The notes beneath the pieces are model-generated. The model made no database searches. It was not told the DNA's origin and worked only from the letters and a program-made list of their open reading frames with translations. Source: an uncultured Planctomycetales bacterium (GTDB lineage: Bacteria; Omnitrophota; Gorgyraeia; Zapsychrales; Fredricksoniimonadaceae). From it: a stretch of DNA of 64,000 nt. Position 1 is the stretch's first letter. Each line of letters opens with the position of its first letter. The stretch is from positions 1,146,786 through 1,210,785 of the forward strand of contig CAZNDZ010000001.1 of NCBI GenBank assembly GCA_964572155.1. Reading direction: 5' to 3'. The translations under genes and the position numbers were made by a program. Below, in pieces: positions 1-9,424 of the stretch.

Positions 1-139
1 AATGAAAAATATTATATTACTTATATTGGCTCAAGTCAGGTTTTATGGACCTTAGCCTATATTATTTTTATTTATGTTTATTACCCAATCTTAACCTCAC
101 CACGCCCTGATGGCAAATTAGGCTAGTCCTAAACAAAAT

Positions 140-168
140 TTGTCATAAATGGCTTTGTGGTATATACT
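140..168 (+). promoter_or_regulatory. sigma70-like promoter: -35 TTGTCA (140-145), 17-bp spacer, -10 TATACT (163-168). The predicted TSS falls at about 175, coinciding with the ATG.
   Basis: Hexamers and spacing read directly from the sequence. No Shine-Dalgarno between the -10 and the ATG at 175, which suggests a leaderless transcript. Confidence 0.35.
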
Positions 169-174
169 TTCCAC

Positions 175-2238
175 ATGAACCACGCAGTTTTACTTAAGAA
201 GAATCTTTTAAGGTTCAGTGTTTTTTTTGTCTTGCTTGGTAGCGCTACCCAGCCCAGCTTTGCTCTAACTACTCCAGAGCGAACAGCACAAATCACCCAA
301 GAATTTGCCACAACCATCAAACGATTATCTGACCGTTCAACGGGTATTGCCCCCAGCCATTATGGTCATCCTGGCTATGAATCTTTGTCGTTTTTATATG
401 ATATCACCGTCAATGCCATGATCCTTAAAGTCGCAGGCCAACAAAAATCTGCTGAAAAAATCATGGATTATTTTGCCTCACGCCTAGAAATTCCCGTTGA
501 TGTTGTCATGCGTAAACAGGATTCAAATAAGATTTATGGTATTTTGAAAGTCTTTAAAACAGAAAATAAGGCGGTTGGTTTTGTTAATTCTATTAATTTG
601 GGTTCAGGTCATGATGAGGGTCGTGGTGAGTTGGAATTTTTAACCACCCCTGGGCCTGTGTCATTTATGATCATGGCTTTTCTTCAAATAAATAAGGAAA
701 AGTATCAGGCGGTTGCTGAAAAATTGGGCTTAACCATGTTGGCCATGCAACGTGACGATGGGGCTATCTTCGACGGGGATCGCTTTACACAAAAAGTTCA
801 TACGGAGCCTCACGTGGATGCAGCCAATGCCTTTTATCAATTATACGAGGTCACCAAAGATCCGAAATGGAAAGATGCGGCAGATAGGGCGGCACAATGG
901 TTTAAGGCCAATGTATTTATTCCTAAGAATAAACAGATTTATCAAGGTATTTGGGAGAATGGGCCCAATGACATTTTTGCAACGGATGTCTACTCTTGGA
1001 CGATGGCAGGAAGATTTGGTGATTTCTTCACCATTGAAGAGCTTGAAGGCATTACAGAGACGATGTTAAGTAAATGTTTGTCTCGTGTTAATGTCGAATT
1101 GCCAGGGGGAATTCGCAAATCAATCATCATGACAGATTTTGCGGACTCTCAAGATTATCGCATTAAGAGCCAACGTAATGGTTTTCATCCCATGGGCTCC
1201 CCGGAGTGGAGTGGGGGTGTTATTTTAGCGTTACAAAAAAATGCGGTTAGATTCTGGGAGAATGGTTATCAAGGCAAAGCAAGGTTTTATAAAGCCATGG
1301 CCGAACTCCTTGAACGAGAGGTCTTAAAATCTGGTTATTACGTTAAGAAAATGTTGATGTTTCCCTACGCAACAGGCCAAGGCATTGAAGTGGGCCACGG
1401 TTGGAAAACGCCCTACTTTTATGTCAAAAGCCTCAAAACCCCTGTGCGTGGTGGTAGTTTGGTTGGAGGTTGGCCAATCTTTCCACTCAATGGATTTAAT
1501 CCATTTATTCTTAACGATAAGTATATGTTGACCTACCAAACCATTGATCTATCAGAAATGTACGAGACAAAAGCCAGTCGTTATATAGATCAGATTGTGT
1601 CAAAACATACGTTTAAAGAAGACGTTGTCACTAAAATAAAAATTGATAAACGAGATCAGATTGTAGAACCAGGGCAATTTAACAAAGTTGCGTGGAAAGC
1701 ATTTAATAAACGTAACTTTAAAGAGGCCATCCATTGGGCTGGGCGAGTTATTGATGATCCTAAGTGGGTTGAATTAGCTCGTCGAGAAGAAAAATTAAAA
1801 GCCAAGGAGTTAGGTGGTATCGTAGATTATCCGTGGGGTAAGACGTATAAAAATAACGATCATCCTTTGCACGCTGAGATTTGGAAATATCCGCTGCTCA
1901 ATGAAGTCGGGGCAGCCATGTGGTTATTGGCTGCAAGTTATTATGAGATGGGCAATATGGACAAGGCTAAGTTCTGGCTTAAGCGCATTGTATTAGAGGT
2001 GCCTCATCATCAGATTGCTGACGTTGTGATTAATCCTGAAACAGGGAAAAGGGATTTGATCGATGGATATTGGAATGCGGTCATCTCGTGGGTTTATAAT
2101 CCTGCTGGTTCAACACGGGATACTAAGATGGGTAAGCTGGTTAAAGAATTAGGGTTTAAGGTCAAAGCCCCTGAATCGGTGGTGCTTCAAAACACAGGGC
2201 AACTTGTGCAATTACCTACCAAAACCAATGTGCCTTAG
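175..2238 (+). CDS. Hypothetical secreted protein of about 687 aa with an N-terminal signal peptide (MNHAVLLKKNLLRFSVFFVLLGSATQPSFA) and no family I can recognise. The ORF track starts at GTG 157, but that lies inside the putative promoter.
   Basis: Long uninterrupted ORF. Canonical n/h/c signal-peptide regions follow the ATG at 175. No catalytic motif identified. Confidence 0.6.
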   Translation: MNHAVLLKKNLLRFSVFFVLLGSATQPSFALTTPERTAQITQEFATTIKRLSDRSTGIAPSHYGHPGYESLSFLYDITVNAMILKVAGQQKSAEKIMDYFASRLEIPVDVVMRKQDSNKIYGILKVFKTENKAVGFVNSINLGSGHDEGRGELEFLTTPGPVSFMIMAFLQINKEKYQAVAEKLGLTMLAMQRDDGAIFDGDRFTQKVHTEPHVDAANAFYQLYEVTKDPKWKDAADRAAQWFKANVFIPKNKQIYQGIWENGPNDIFATDVYSWTMAGRFGDFFTIEELEGITETMLSKCLSRVNVELPGGIRKSIIMTDFADSQDYRIKSQRNGFHPMGSPEWSGGVILALQKNAVRFWENGYQGKARFYKAMAELLEREVLKSGYYVKKMLMFPYATGQGIEVGHGWKTPYFYVKSLKTPVRGGSLVGGWPIFPLNGFNPFILNDKYMLTYQTIDLSEMYETKASRYIDQIVSKHTFKEDVVTKIKIDKRDQIVEPGQFNKVAWKAFNKRNFKEAIHWAGRVIDDPKWVELARREEKLKAKELGGIVDYPWGKTYKNNDHPLHAEIWKYPLLNEVGAAMWLLAASYYEMGNMDKAKFWLKRIVLEVPHHQIADVVINPETGKRDLIDGYWNAVISWVYNPAGSTRDTKMGKLVKELGFKVKAPESVVLQNTGQLVQLPTKTNVP

Positions 2239-3142
2239 ATTCTTTGGCCGCGTCAAGCTTTCCTAAGAACCGCACTTCTCGAGCAATTGTAAATCCAAAT
2301 TTATCTTGAACAATTTGTATCATTTTTGAATGCAGATGATAGACATCGTTTGCTGTGCCATTCGTATCCTTGACGATGATATTGGCATGTTTATCAAAGA
2401 TATAAGCGCCACCGACGCGTAAATCTTTACCACCGGCCTGTTCTAAGAACCAGCCTGTGGCTTGACGCTTTTCTGCTTTTGAGGTCGGTTCAATATTACG
2501 AAAGAAACTGCCAGCACAAGGATGTGTGTTTAGATTAGGATGCTTGTCGCTACGTTTTTTTAAAATATCAGCTCGCTCTAAACTTAATGTGAGGGGATCA
2601 CCCGCTTTTAACGTAAAGGTTACTTGGGCGATGATGTCATGTGTATCTTTTAGACGAGAATGACGGTAGGCAAAGCCAAAATAATCAGGGCCTACTTCCT
2701 TGATATTACCATCAGCATCGATGATAAGGGCACTCTTTAAGATGTCGCCTACTTGTTTACCCCAAGCACCTGCATTCCCTAAAACAGCACCACCAACCGT
2801 ACCAGGAATACCAGACGTGAAAGTTAATCCATCTAAACCTTCATCGACGCTAAAAATAGCAGCATGATCTAAATAAGTGGAACCAGAAATGATGAGATCG
2901 TTCTGATTGCGGGTGATTAAGGGTGTTTGAGATACATAACGGATAACAACAGCATCAATGCCATTATCAGCAGCCACAATATTAGATCCGCCACCGATTA
3001 AAATGTAAGGCGTCTTGGTTTGAAGTAGCTCTTTGATGGTATTTTGTAATGAGGCAACCGTGTCGCATTCGATTAAATAGCGGCAGGGGCCGCCTAGTTT
3101 AAACGTAGTAAAATCTGAGAGTAATGCGTTAGGAATCCGCAT
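2216..3142 (-). CDS. murB: UDP-N-acetylenolpyruvoylglucosamine reductase
   Basis: FAD-binding N-terminus (LGGPCRYL, GGGSNIV) and the GNAGAWG motif, with MurB-like length and layout. Confidence 0.85.
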   Translation of the reverse strand: MRIPNALLSDFTTFKLGGPCRYLIECDTVASLQNTIKELLQTKTPYILIGGGSNIVAADNGIDAVVIRYVSQTPLITRNQNDLIISGSTYLDHAAIFSVDEGLDGLTFTSGIPGTVGGAVLGNAGAWGKQVGDILKSALIIDADGNIKEVGPDYFGFAYRHSRLKDTHDIIAQVTFTLKAGDPLTLSLERADILKKRSDKHPNLNTHPCAGSFFRNIEPTSKAEKRQATGWFLEQAGGKDLRVGGAYIFDKHANIIVKDTNGTANDVYHLHSKMIQIVQDKFGFTIAREVRFLGKLDAAKESKAHWFW

Positions 3143-3464
3143 AACCGTTATCTTTTAAATATTTATTAAATGCAGCCATGCCATTATTAACAGAGAGGGC
3201 ATGTATGCCTCGAGATTGCAGGATTTCTGCGAGATAATGACTACGCCCGCCTTTGGCACAAACCAGCAAGTAGGAATTCTCCTTGGTGAATTGATCAATT
3301 TTTTCTTGGAGTTGAGACAAGGGCACAAAGTCGATATTTTTTGTTAATGGTGCAAAAGCCTGCGTCTCTTCGGGTTCACGAATATCTACAGCTTTAAACT
3401 CTGTGAATTTTTTAGGATCAAGCGAATGAATGTCGAGGTCAATGTTGGTCATAGGGTCACACAA
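3129..3464 (-). CDS. Single-domain rhodanese-like sulfurtransferase
   Basis: Active-site loop CAKGGRS (Cys-X2-G-X-R) of the rhodanese fold, about 110 aa. Confidence 0.65.
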   Translation of the reverse strand: MCDPMTNIDLDIHSLDPKKFTEFKAVDIREPEETQAFAPLTKNIDFVPLSQLQEKIDQFTKENSYLLVCAKGGRSHYLAEILQSRGIHALSVNNGMAAFNKYLKDNGYADS

Positions 3465-3888
3465 TCACGGGGGTTTGCTCGCCATAAATCCAACGGGCGG
3501 AGCCATCGGTTAATATTTCTTTTTTCCAAATGACTAAACGTTTCTTTACATTTTCAATGATGTATTGGCAGGCTTCAAAACATTGTGCACGATGTGATGA
3601 CCAAACACCAATCCATATGGCACTTTGACCTGCATGCACTTGCCCATAACGTTGCACACAAACAGCTTGAGCAACCGGAAACTTTAATAAAACCTCTTCA
3701 GTGATTTTATTGCCTTCGATCTTACATAAAGGAATATCAGCAATGTACAAAAGTGCCTCAACATCAGATCGTGATTTTTGATCTGCCCGAACCATGCCTT
3801 CAAAACTCACCAAAGCCCCGTAAGCATTATTGGCGTAGGTGTCTTTGAGCAAGGGGATATTGATGGGTTGTTCTTGAAGGATAAACAT
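3457..3888 (-). CDS. moaE: Molybdopterin synthase catalytic subunit
   Basis: GALVSFEGMVR and IWIGVWSSHRAQCFEACQYIIENVKKRLVIWKKE align with the MoaE motifs GAVVTFTGKVRN and VGVTSAHRSSAFEAGQFIMDYLKTRAPFWKRE. Confidence 0.75.
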   Translation of the reverse strand: MFILQEQPINIPLLKDTYANNAYGALVSFEGMVRADQKSRSDVEALLYIADIPLCKIEGNKITEEVLLKFPVAQAVCVQRYGQVHAGQSAIWIGVWSSHRAQCFEACQYIIENVKKRLVIWKKEILTDGSARWIYGEQTPVIV

Positions 3889-4142
3889 TAGAAGGTGATT
3901 TTCACAACCCCCGAAAGGATTTTACATTGGCAGCTTAGACGATGATTACGATCCATGGCTAGCTCTGTTTCTTCGCGGTTAAGTTCATTTAAACAATCTG
4001 CACCTTCGAGGATTTCAATTTGACACGTCCCACAAACCCCAGAGTTGCACGAGAAGGGAATGCCTGCGGCTTCACAGACTTCGGCAATCGGTGCGCCATC
4101 TTCAATGTCATGTTCTGTTTGATCGATATGTAATTTAGCCAT
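3888..4142 (-). CDS. 2Fe-2S ferredoxin, 84 aa. The real start is MAKLHID at 4142, not the longer ORF beginning at 4277.
   Basis: Cys ligand pattern CNSGVCGTC...C...C. The upstream extension of the ORF overlaps ispH in another frame. Confidence 0.7.
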   Translation of the reverse strand: MAKLHIDQTEHDIEDGAPIAEVCEAAGIPFSCNSGVCGTCQIEILEGADCLNELNREETELAMDRNHRLSCQCKILSGVVKITF

Positions 4143-4143
4143 A

Positions 4144-5070
4144 TTATTCTTTAAATTGCAGTACAGGAAAGACGATGTTTTTTTCAGGATTATCAAATTC
4201 ATGCACGTTGGCATCAGGGTATTCTGAGAGAATCTCGTCGATGATCTCATCAACCAAATACCGCGGCACAGAGGCACCCGAACTTAAACCAATCTTTGTT
4301 TTGCCTTTGAGAAAACCCAAATTCAATTGCTTGGCATTATCAATGATATGGCTTTCAACGCCGCATTGCTCACCGGTCTCACGCAAGCGATTGCTGTTGG
4401 AAGAATGGGGTGAACCGCAGATGATGATGACATCGCAAAAAGAAGCTAATTCTTTAACGGCGTCTTGTCGATTTTGAGTGGCATAGCAAATATCTGAACG
4501 CAAGGGTGCTGTTAATTTGGGGAACTTGGCTTTTAATTTTTCGATAATGCCCTTGGTTTCATCAACCGATAGGGTTGTTTGGGTGATATAGGCGACATTT
4601 TTTTTAGGATCTAATTTTAATTTCTCAACGTCTTTTTCATTTTCAACAATATGTAATAAATCAGGGCGAACATAGCCAGATGTGCCGATTAGTTCTTGAT
4701 GACCCAAATGTCCGATTAAGACCGTATCAATGTCTTGCCCAGAAAATTTTACCGCTTCTTTATGAACCTTGGTAACTAAAGGACATGTAGCATCAACAAA
4801 TTTGAGTTTACGTTCGCGAGCTTTGGGGATGATTTCAGGGGGCACGCCATGTGCTGAGAAAATAATACGGCTGCCAATGGGGACTTCATCGAGATTCTCA
4901 ACAAAGACGACACCACGTTTTTTCATATCCTCGACAACAGCGGTGTTGTGCACGATGTCATGATAGACATATAAGGGCGTGCCGTAGGTATTTAAGGCAA
5001 GCTCTACAATGTCGATCGCACTGGCAACGCCAGCACAAAATCCTTGGGTTTTAGCGAGGTATATATCCAT
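4144..5070 (-). CDS. ispH: 4-hydroxy-3-methylbut-2-enyl diphosphate reductase
   Basis: IspH/LytB N-terminus MDIYLAKTQGFCAGV, conserved Cys and His (HNTAVVE, SAHGV) motifs, 308 aa. Confidence 0.9.
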   Translation of the reverse strand: MDIYLAKTQGFCAGVASAIDIVELALNTYGTPLYVYHDIVHNTAVVEDMKKRGVVFVENLDEVPIGSRIIFSAHGVPPEIIPKARERKLKFVDATCPLVTKVHKEAVKFSGQDIDTVLIGHLGHQELIGTSGYVRPDLLHIVENEKDVEKLKLDPKKNVAYITQTTLSVDETKGIIEKLKAKFPKLTAPLRSDICYATQNRQDAVKELASFCDVIIICGSPHSSNSNRLRETGEQCGVESHIIDNAKQLNLGFLKGKTKIGLSSGASVPRYLVDEIIDEILSEYPDANVHEFDNPEKNIVFPVLQFKE

Positions 5071-5150
5071 TATGTATTTGATTAATACGGGTTTATTTCC
5101 TATAATGTGGCTTCAATTATAACACTTTTAAAATTAGAGTAAAACACTTT
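5071..5150. promoter_or_regulatory. Divergent ispH/ispG intergenic promoter region, AT-rich and containing TATAAT at about 5101-5106.
   Basis: An 80-bp spacer between divergently oriented genes. The -10-like hexamer was read directly. Confidence 0.3.
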
Positions 5151-6365
5151 ATGCATCCAATAACCCGTCGAAAAACGCCCACAGTGACAATCGGCAACTT
5201 GAAGTTGGGCAGTGATTGCCCCATACGCATCCAGTCCATGACCGATACGCCAACGGCTGATGTCGAGGCCACCTATGCCCAAACCATGGCATTGATCGAG
5301 GCTGGTTCTGAATTAGTCCGATGGACGGTAAACGATCATGAGGCGGCCAAAGGTGCGGTTGAGGTGATCAAGCGCTTGCGCGCCAAAGGCATACAAACAC
5401 CCATCATTGGTGATTTTCATTTTAATGGTCATTTGATTCTAGCTAAAAATCCTGAAGCTGCAGCCTTGCTTGATAAATACCGTATTAACCCAGGTAATGT
5501 GGGTAAGGGAAAATTACACGACGATAATTTTGCGCAAATTGTTAACATTGCAATTGCCAATAAAAAAGCTATCCGTATTGGGGTTAATTGGGGATCGCTC
5601 GACCCTGAGCTGTTAACTGCATGCATGGATGCCAATGCAAAATTATCCACGCCTAAAGATTTTAGTTTTGTTACGCAAGAAGCCATGGTGCAAAGCGCGC
5701 TTCAAAGTGCTGCCTATGCCATGAAACTCGGGCAACCCAAAGAAAAGATTGTTCTAAGTGTTAAAATGTCGGTGTTGCAAGACATGGTGGCCGTTTATGA
5801 ACGTTTGGCCAAAGAATGTGATTATGCCCTACACTTAGGCTTGACTGAGGCGGGTGCAGATATCAAAGGCGCTGTTTCATCCGCTGCGGCATTATCGATT
5901 TTGATGCAGCAAGGCATTGGCGATACCATCCGTGTTTCTTTAACACCACAACCTAATGTTACGCGCGCGAAAGAAGTTGAAGTATGTAAAGAGATCTTGC
6001 AAGCCATGGGCTTTCGCTATTTTGCACCGTCGGTCACCAGTTGCCCAGGATGTGGCCGCACCAGCAGCAATTATTTTCAATACCTAGCTCAAGATATCAA
6101 TGCCCACATCAAATTAAAAATGCCGTTGTGGAAAAATAAATATAAGGGTGTCGAACAAATGAAGATTGCGGTCATGGGCTGTGTGGTTAATGGCCCAGGC
6201 GAAAGCCGTCATGCCGATATCGGTATCAGCTTACCAGGGGCCTCGGAACAACCCATTGCACCGGTTTATGTTGATGGCAAAGAGTTTAAGATTTTACGAG
6301 GTGAGAATATAAAGCAGGAGTTTATTGATATTTTAGAAAGTTATATCAATACAAGATATAAATAA
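5151..6365 (+). CDS. ispG: 4-hydroxy-3-methylbut-2-en-1-yl diphosphate synthase
   Basis: GcpE-family TIM-barrel N-terminus (TVTIGNLKLGSD.PIRIQSMT) and C-terminal 4Fe-4S cysteines (CPGCGRT...GCVVNGPGE). Confidence 0.9.
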   Translation: MHPITRRKTPTVTIGNLKLGSDCPIRIQSMTDTPTADVEATYAQTMALIEAGSELVRWTVNDHEAAKGAVEVIKRLRAKGIQTPIIGDFHFNGHLILAKNPEAAALLDKYRINPGNVGKGKLHDDNFAQIVNIAIANKKAIRIGVNWGSLDPELLTACMDANAKLSTPKDFSFVTQEAMVQSALQSAAYAMKLGQPKEKIVLSVKMSVLQDMVAVYERLAKECDYALHLGLTEAGADIKGAVSSAAALSILMQQGIGDTIRVSLTPQPNVTRAKEVEVCKEILQAMGFRYFAPSVTSCPGCGRTSSNYFQYLAQDINAHIKLKMPLWKNKYKGVEQMKIAVMGCVVNGPGESRHADIGISLPGASEQPIAPVYVDGKEFKILRGENIKQEFIDILESYINTRYK

Positions 6366-6385
6366 GATTTGAAAGAGGAAGCATG

Positions 6386-6829
6386 TTAACCAAGAAATTT
6401 TATTGCATCAATAATTTCTTGATTGTGACCTTCAGGTTTGACCTTCTCAAAGATCTTTGCAATCTTACCATTTGTATCGATGATAAATGTCGTGCGTGCA
6501 ACGCCCATGTATTTTTTGCCGTACATGGATTTTTCAACCCAAACTCCATAAGCTTGTGAAATGCTTTTATCTTCATCGGGGATGAGGGTGAAGGGTAATT
6601 GGAATTTGGTGATGAATTTGTCATGGGATTTTTGGCTGTCAGGGGAGACGCCAAAGATGACGGTGTTAAGTTTGGTGATATCTTTGTAACTATCGCGCAA
6701 ACCACAGGCTTCGACGGTGCAGCCAGGGGTGTCGTCTTTAGGATAAAAATAGAGGACAATGTTTTTGCCCTTGTTTTCTTTGAGCCCTGCAAATGCGGGT
6801 GCTTTGTCGCCAACGTTTAAATTACTCAT
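6386..6829 (-). CDS. bcp: Peroxiredoxin of the Bcp type (thiol peroxidase)
   Basis: FYPKDDTPGCTVEAC peroxidatic-Cys motif, 147 aa. Confidence 0.8.
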   Translation of the reverse strand: MSNLNVGDKAPAFAGLKENKGKNIVLYFYPKDDTPGCTVEACGLRDSYKDITKLNTVIFGVSPDSQKSHDKFITKFQLPFTLIPDEDKSISQAYGVWVEKSMYGKKYMGVARTTFIIDTNGKIAKIFEKVKPEGHNQEIIDAIKFLG

Positions 6830-7286
6830 ATTTTGTCCACGCTTTCGTTTTACTGCTGTAGATTTCTTTCACACGACGTTCGGCAGGCAAGCCATCTTCT
6901 AACGGCCATGCGGTTGCTTCTAATTTATTGCCGTCGATGTCATAAAAATATAAAGACCAACTTTTGGGGCGTTTCTTAGCATATTCAATTGTGACCCCGT
7001 GCTTTTCTAAATGTTCGATCATGGGGACAAAGTCATCAGAATGGATGCGAAAGGAAAAATGATTCGCGCCTAAACCTTCGTGAGCAAAGGGATGGTTGTT
7101 GGTCAAATCTTTGGCTTGAATGATGCCAATGAGCGACGGGCCGCAATCTAAGAAATATTCAATCCCTGCCTTGGATGGTTCGCGTTGGGTAATGTTTAAG
7201 CCCAACACGTTTGTATAGAAGGCCACGGTTTTATCTAAATCACGCACGTTAAAAGCAACGTGATCAATGCCTGCAATCTTAATCAT
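6822..7286 (-). CDS. VOC / glyoxalase I-fold family protein
   Basis: HVAFNVRDLDKTVAFYTNVLGL N-terminal motif of the glyoxalase/bleomycin-resistance fold. Confidence 0.6.
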   Translation of the reverse strand: MIKIAGIDHVAFNVRDLDKTVAFYTNVLGLNITQREPSKAGIEYFLDCGPSLIGIIQAKDLTNNHPFAHEGLGANHFSFRIHSDDFVPMIEHLEKHGVTIEYAKKRPKSWSLYFYDIDGNKLEATAWPLEDGLPAERRVKEIYSSKTKAWTKYE

Positions 7287-8089
7287 ATTTTATTCCTTCC
7301 AGAAATTTTACCTTTCGTAAAAACCAAATGCTCGCTGTAACCAGCAGCTTTAGCTAACTCAACGGCTTCTTTAAAATTCTTACCGACATCTTGCGGGGTA
7401 TGTGAGTCAGAACCAAATGTTAAAGGTACACCAGCTTCACAATAAATTTTTAAATAAGCAGGGCAAGGGTACATTTCTTTAATGGGTTTACGCAAACCAG
7501 AAGTATTGATCTCAACTGCAACACCAGTTTCTTTAAAAACCTTGGCAGTCGCTTTAACCTCGTCGGTCATATCGACCGTGGGGCGATATCCAAATTTCTT
7601 AGGTAAATCACTATGGCCAATGATATGAAACATGCCCGTTTGCGCGCTTTGACGCAAGAGCTTAAAATAGTCATGCCAAATTTGATTGACGTCTTGTGTT
7701 TTCCAACGTTCTATCGTCGCTGGATCATCAACCGCCCAGCCGTTGACATAATGCACGGACCCAATGATGTAATCGTAAGGGTAAGCATCAATGATGGCTT
7801 TGGTTTTATCTTCAAATCCAGGGATAAAATCAGCTTCCAAGGCATATTTAATGATGATCTTATCAGCATATTTCGCCTTCACCTCATCAATCAAGCGATG
7901 ATATAAGGGAAGCTGGCGATAATCCATGGTAACGCCTTGCAAACGCTCGTGCACCATGGGTGCATGATCTGAAAAGCCCATTTCTGTAAGGCCAATCGAT
8001 ATGGCATGTTGAACATATTCTTCTAAACTACCAACGGCATGCCCGCAAAGAGCGGTGTGCATGTGATAATCAATTTTGGGAATTTGCAT
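7283..8089 (-). CDS. PHP-family histidinol-phosphate phosphatase (HisK type)
   Basis: N-terminal metal-binding motif YHMHTALCGHA, further conserved His/Asp residues and 268 aa are typical of HisK/PHP phosphoesterases. Confidence 0.6.
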   Translation of the reverse strand: MQIPKIDYHMHTALCGHAVGSLEEYVQHAISIGLTEMGFSDHAPMVHERLQGVTMDYRQLPLYHRLIDEVKAKYADKIIIKYALEADFIPGFEDKTKAIIDAYPYDYIIGSVHYVNGWAVDDPATIERWKTQDVNQIWHDYFKLLRQSAQTGMFHIIGHSDLPKKFGYRPTVDMTDEVKATAKVFKETGVAVEINTSGLRKPIKEMYPCPAYLKIYCEAGVPLTFGSDSHTPQDVGKNFKEAVELAKAAGYSEHLVFTKGKISGRNKI

Positions 8090-8165
8090 GTTGGGATTAT
8101 AACACCCAGCTTGTTTTAATCAAGGGGGTGTGTTAATATTGCTATCTATTAAAAACGGAGAAAAC

Positions 8166-8705
8166 ATGGAAAATTCATATAAGAAGATCATTTTAGATAT
8201 AGGCGAAGACCCCACTCGCGAAGGTTTACTCAAAACCCCTGCGCGTGCTGCCAAGGCAATGGAATTTATGACCCAAGGTTATAAGAAGAACTTGGATGAC
8301 ATTGTCAACGGAGCTATTTTTAAATCCAATAATGATGAGATGGTCATTGTTAAGGACATTGAACTATATTCATTGTGCGAACATCATTTATTACCATTTT
8401 TTGGTCGTGCTCATGTGGGGTATATCCCAAAGGGTAAGATCATTGGTTTATCAAAAATAGCGCGCATTGTGGATATGTATGCGCGTCGCTTGCAAGTCCA
8501 AGAAAATTTAACGCGTGAAATCGCTGTCAGTTTACAACAAGTCACAGGGGCTTTAGGTGTGGCTGTTGTTATCGAAGCCAAGCATTTGTGTATGATGATG
8601 CGTGGTGTTGAAAAACAAAACTCCATGATGAAAACTTCCTGCCTTTTAGGTGCTTTTCGTAACGAAGATTCAACCCGCAAGGAATTCTTAAGTTTAATCC
8701 AATGA
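8166..8705 (+). CDS. folE: GTP cyclohydrolase I. Start chosen at MENSYKK, with GGAG 8 nt upstream.
   Basis: [12 protein letters not shown], the CEHHLLPF zinc site and the GRAHVGYIP motif. Confidence 0.9.
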   Translation: MENSYKKIILDIGEDPTREGLLKTPARAAKAMEFMTQGYKKNLDDIVNGAIFKSNNDEMVIVKDIELYSLCEHHLLPFFGRAHVGYIPKGKIIGLSKIARIVDMYARRLQVQENLTREIAVSLQQVTGALGVAVVIEAKHLCMMMRGVEKQNSMMKTSCLLGAFRNEDSTRKEFLSLIQ

Positions 8706-9424
8706 GCAAAGGTAAACACACAGCGTTGGTTACAGGCGCCGCCAAACGTTTAGGCCAACAGATGGCCTTGCATTTGGCTGATCAGGGATATAATATCGCC
8801 CTTCACTATAATAGCTCAAAACCTGAGGCTATGAAAACTGCTCAAGCCATTTATAAAAAGGGTGTGCGTTGTGAACTTTTTGCAGCGGATTTAAATGATA
8901 CCTCCCAAGTGAAAGCATTATTACCAGCGGTGTATAAAGCTTTTGGTAATTTATCGGTGTTAATCAATAGTGCGTCTGTGTTTATCCCCAATGAATTTGG
9001 TGATGAAGATTTGACGCTTTTTAATAAGCATTGGCAGATTAATTATCAAGCGCCTTACATTTTATCTTGCGCGTTTAAGCGACTTGTTAAAAAAGGTCAT
9101 ATCATCAATTTGATTGATACCAATGTGGCTAAATATCATAGTAAGTATGCAGATTACTTAACTACGAAGAAAGCCTTGGCTGAATTTACCAAGATGTCCG
9201 CTGTCGCATGGGGCCCACATATCAAGGTCAATGGCATTTCTCCAGGAATGATCTTAGCTCTAGTTAATAATCAAAAAGATGACAGGAAAGTACGGGCTAA
9301 TAAAATCCCACTTCAAGATGTGGGCAATCCCGATTATATTTTACGTGCGTTGGACTATTTATTAGGAAATGATTATGTCACAGGTCAAATCATCGCTGTT
9401 GATGGCGGGGAGAGTTTAGTATAA
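8702..9424 (+). CDS. Short-chain dehydrogenase resembling pteridine reductase (PTR1/FolM-like)
   Basis: Nucleotide-binding signature VTGAAKRLG, as in PTR1. SDR catalytic Y...K ([10 protein letters not shown]). The gene is overlapped on both sides by folE and folB. Confidence 0.6.
   Translation: MSKGKHTALVTGAAKRLGQQMALHLADQGYNIALHYNSSKPEAMKTAQAIYKKGVRCELFAADLNDTSQVKALLPAVYKAFGNLSVLINSASVFIPNEFGDEDLTLFNKHWQINYQAPYILSCAFKRLVKKGHIINLIDTNVAKYHSKYADYLTTKKALAEFTKMSAVAWGPHIKVNGISPGMILALVNNQKDDRKVRANKIPLQDVGNPDYILRALDYLLGNDYVTGQIIAVDGGESLV

Noticed and set aside
752-1539. Nested ORFs (105 aa plus strand, 71 aa minus strand) inside the 693-aa gene
   Set aside because: They are shadow ORFs within a long, well-behaved reading frame.
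6400-6820. Alternative-frame ORFs (137 aa minus strand, 73 aa plus strand) overlapping bcp
   Set aside because: They are embedded in the well-supported peroxiredoxin gene and show low-complexity translations with no motifs.
8090-8165. Possible THF riboswitch upstream of folE
   Set aside because: The leader is only about 75 nt and contains a plain SD. It is too short for the THF aptamer and shows no recognisable conserved core.
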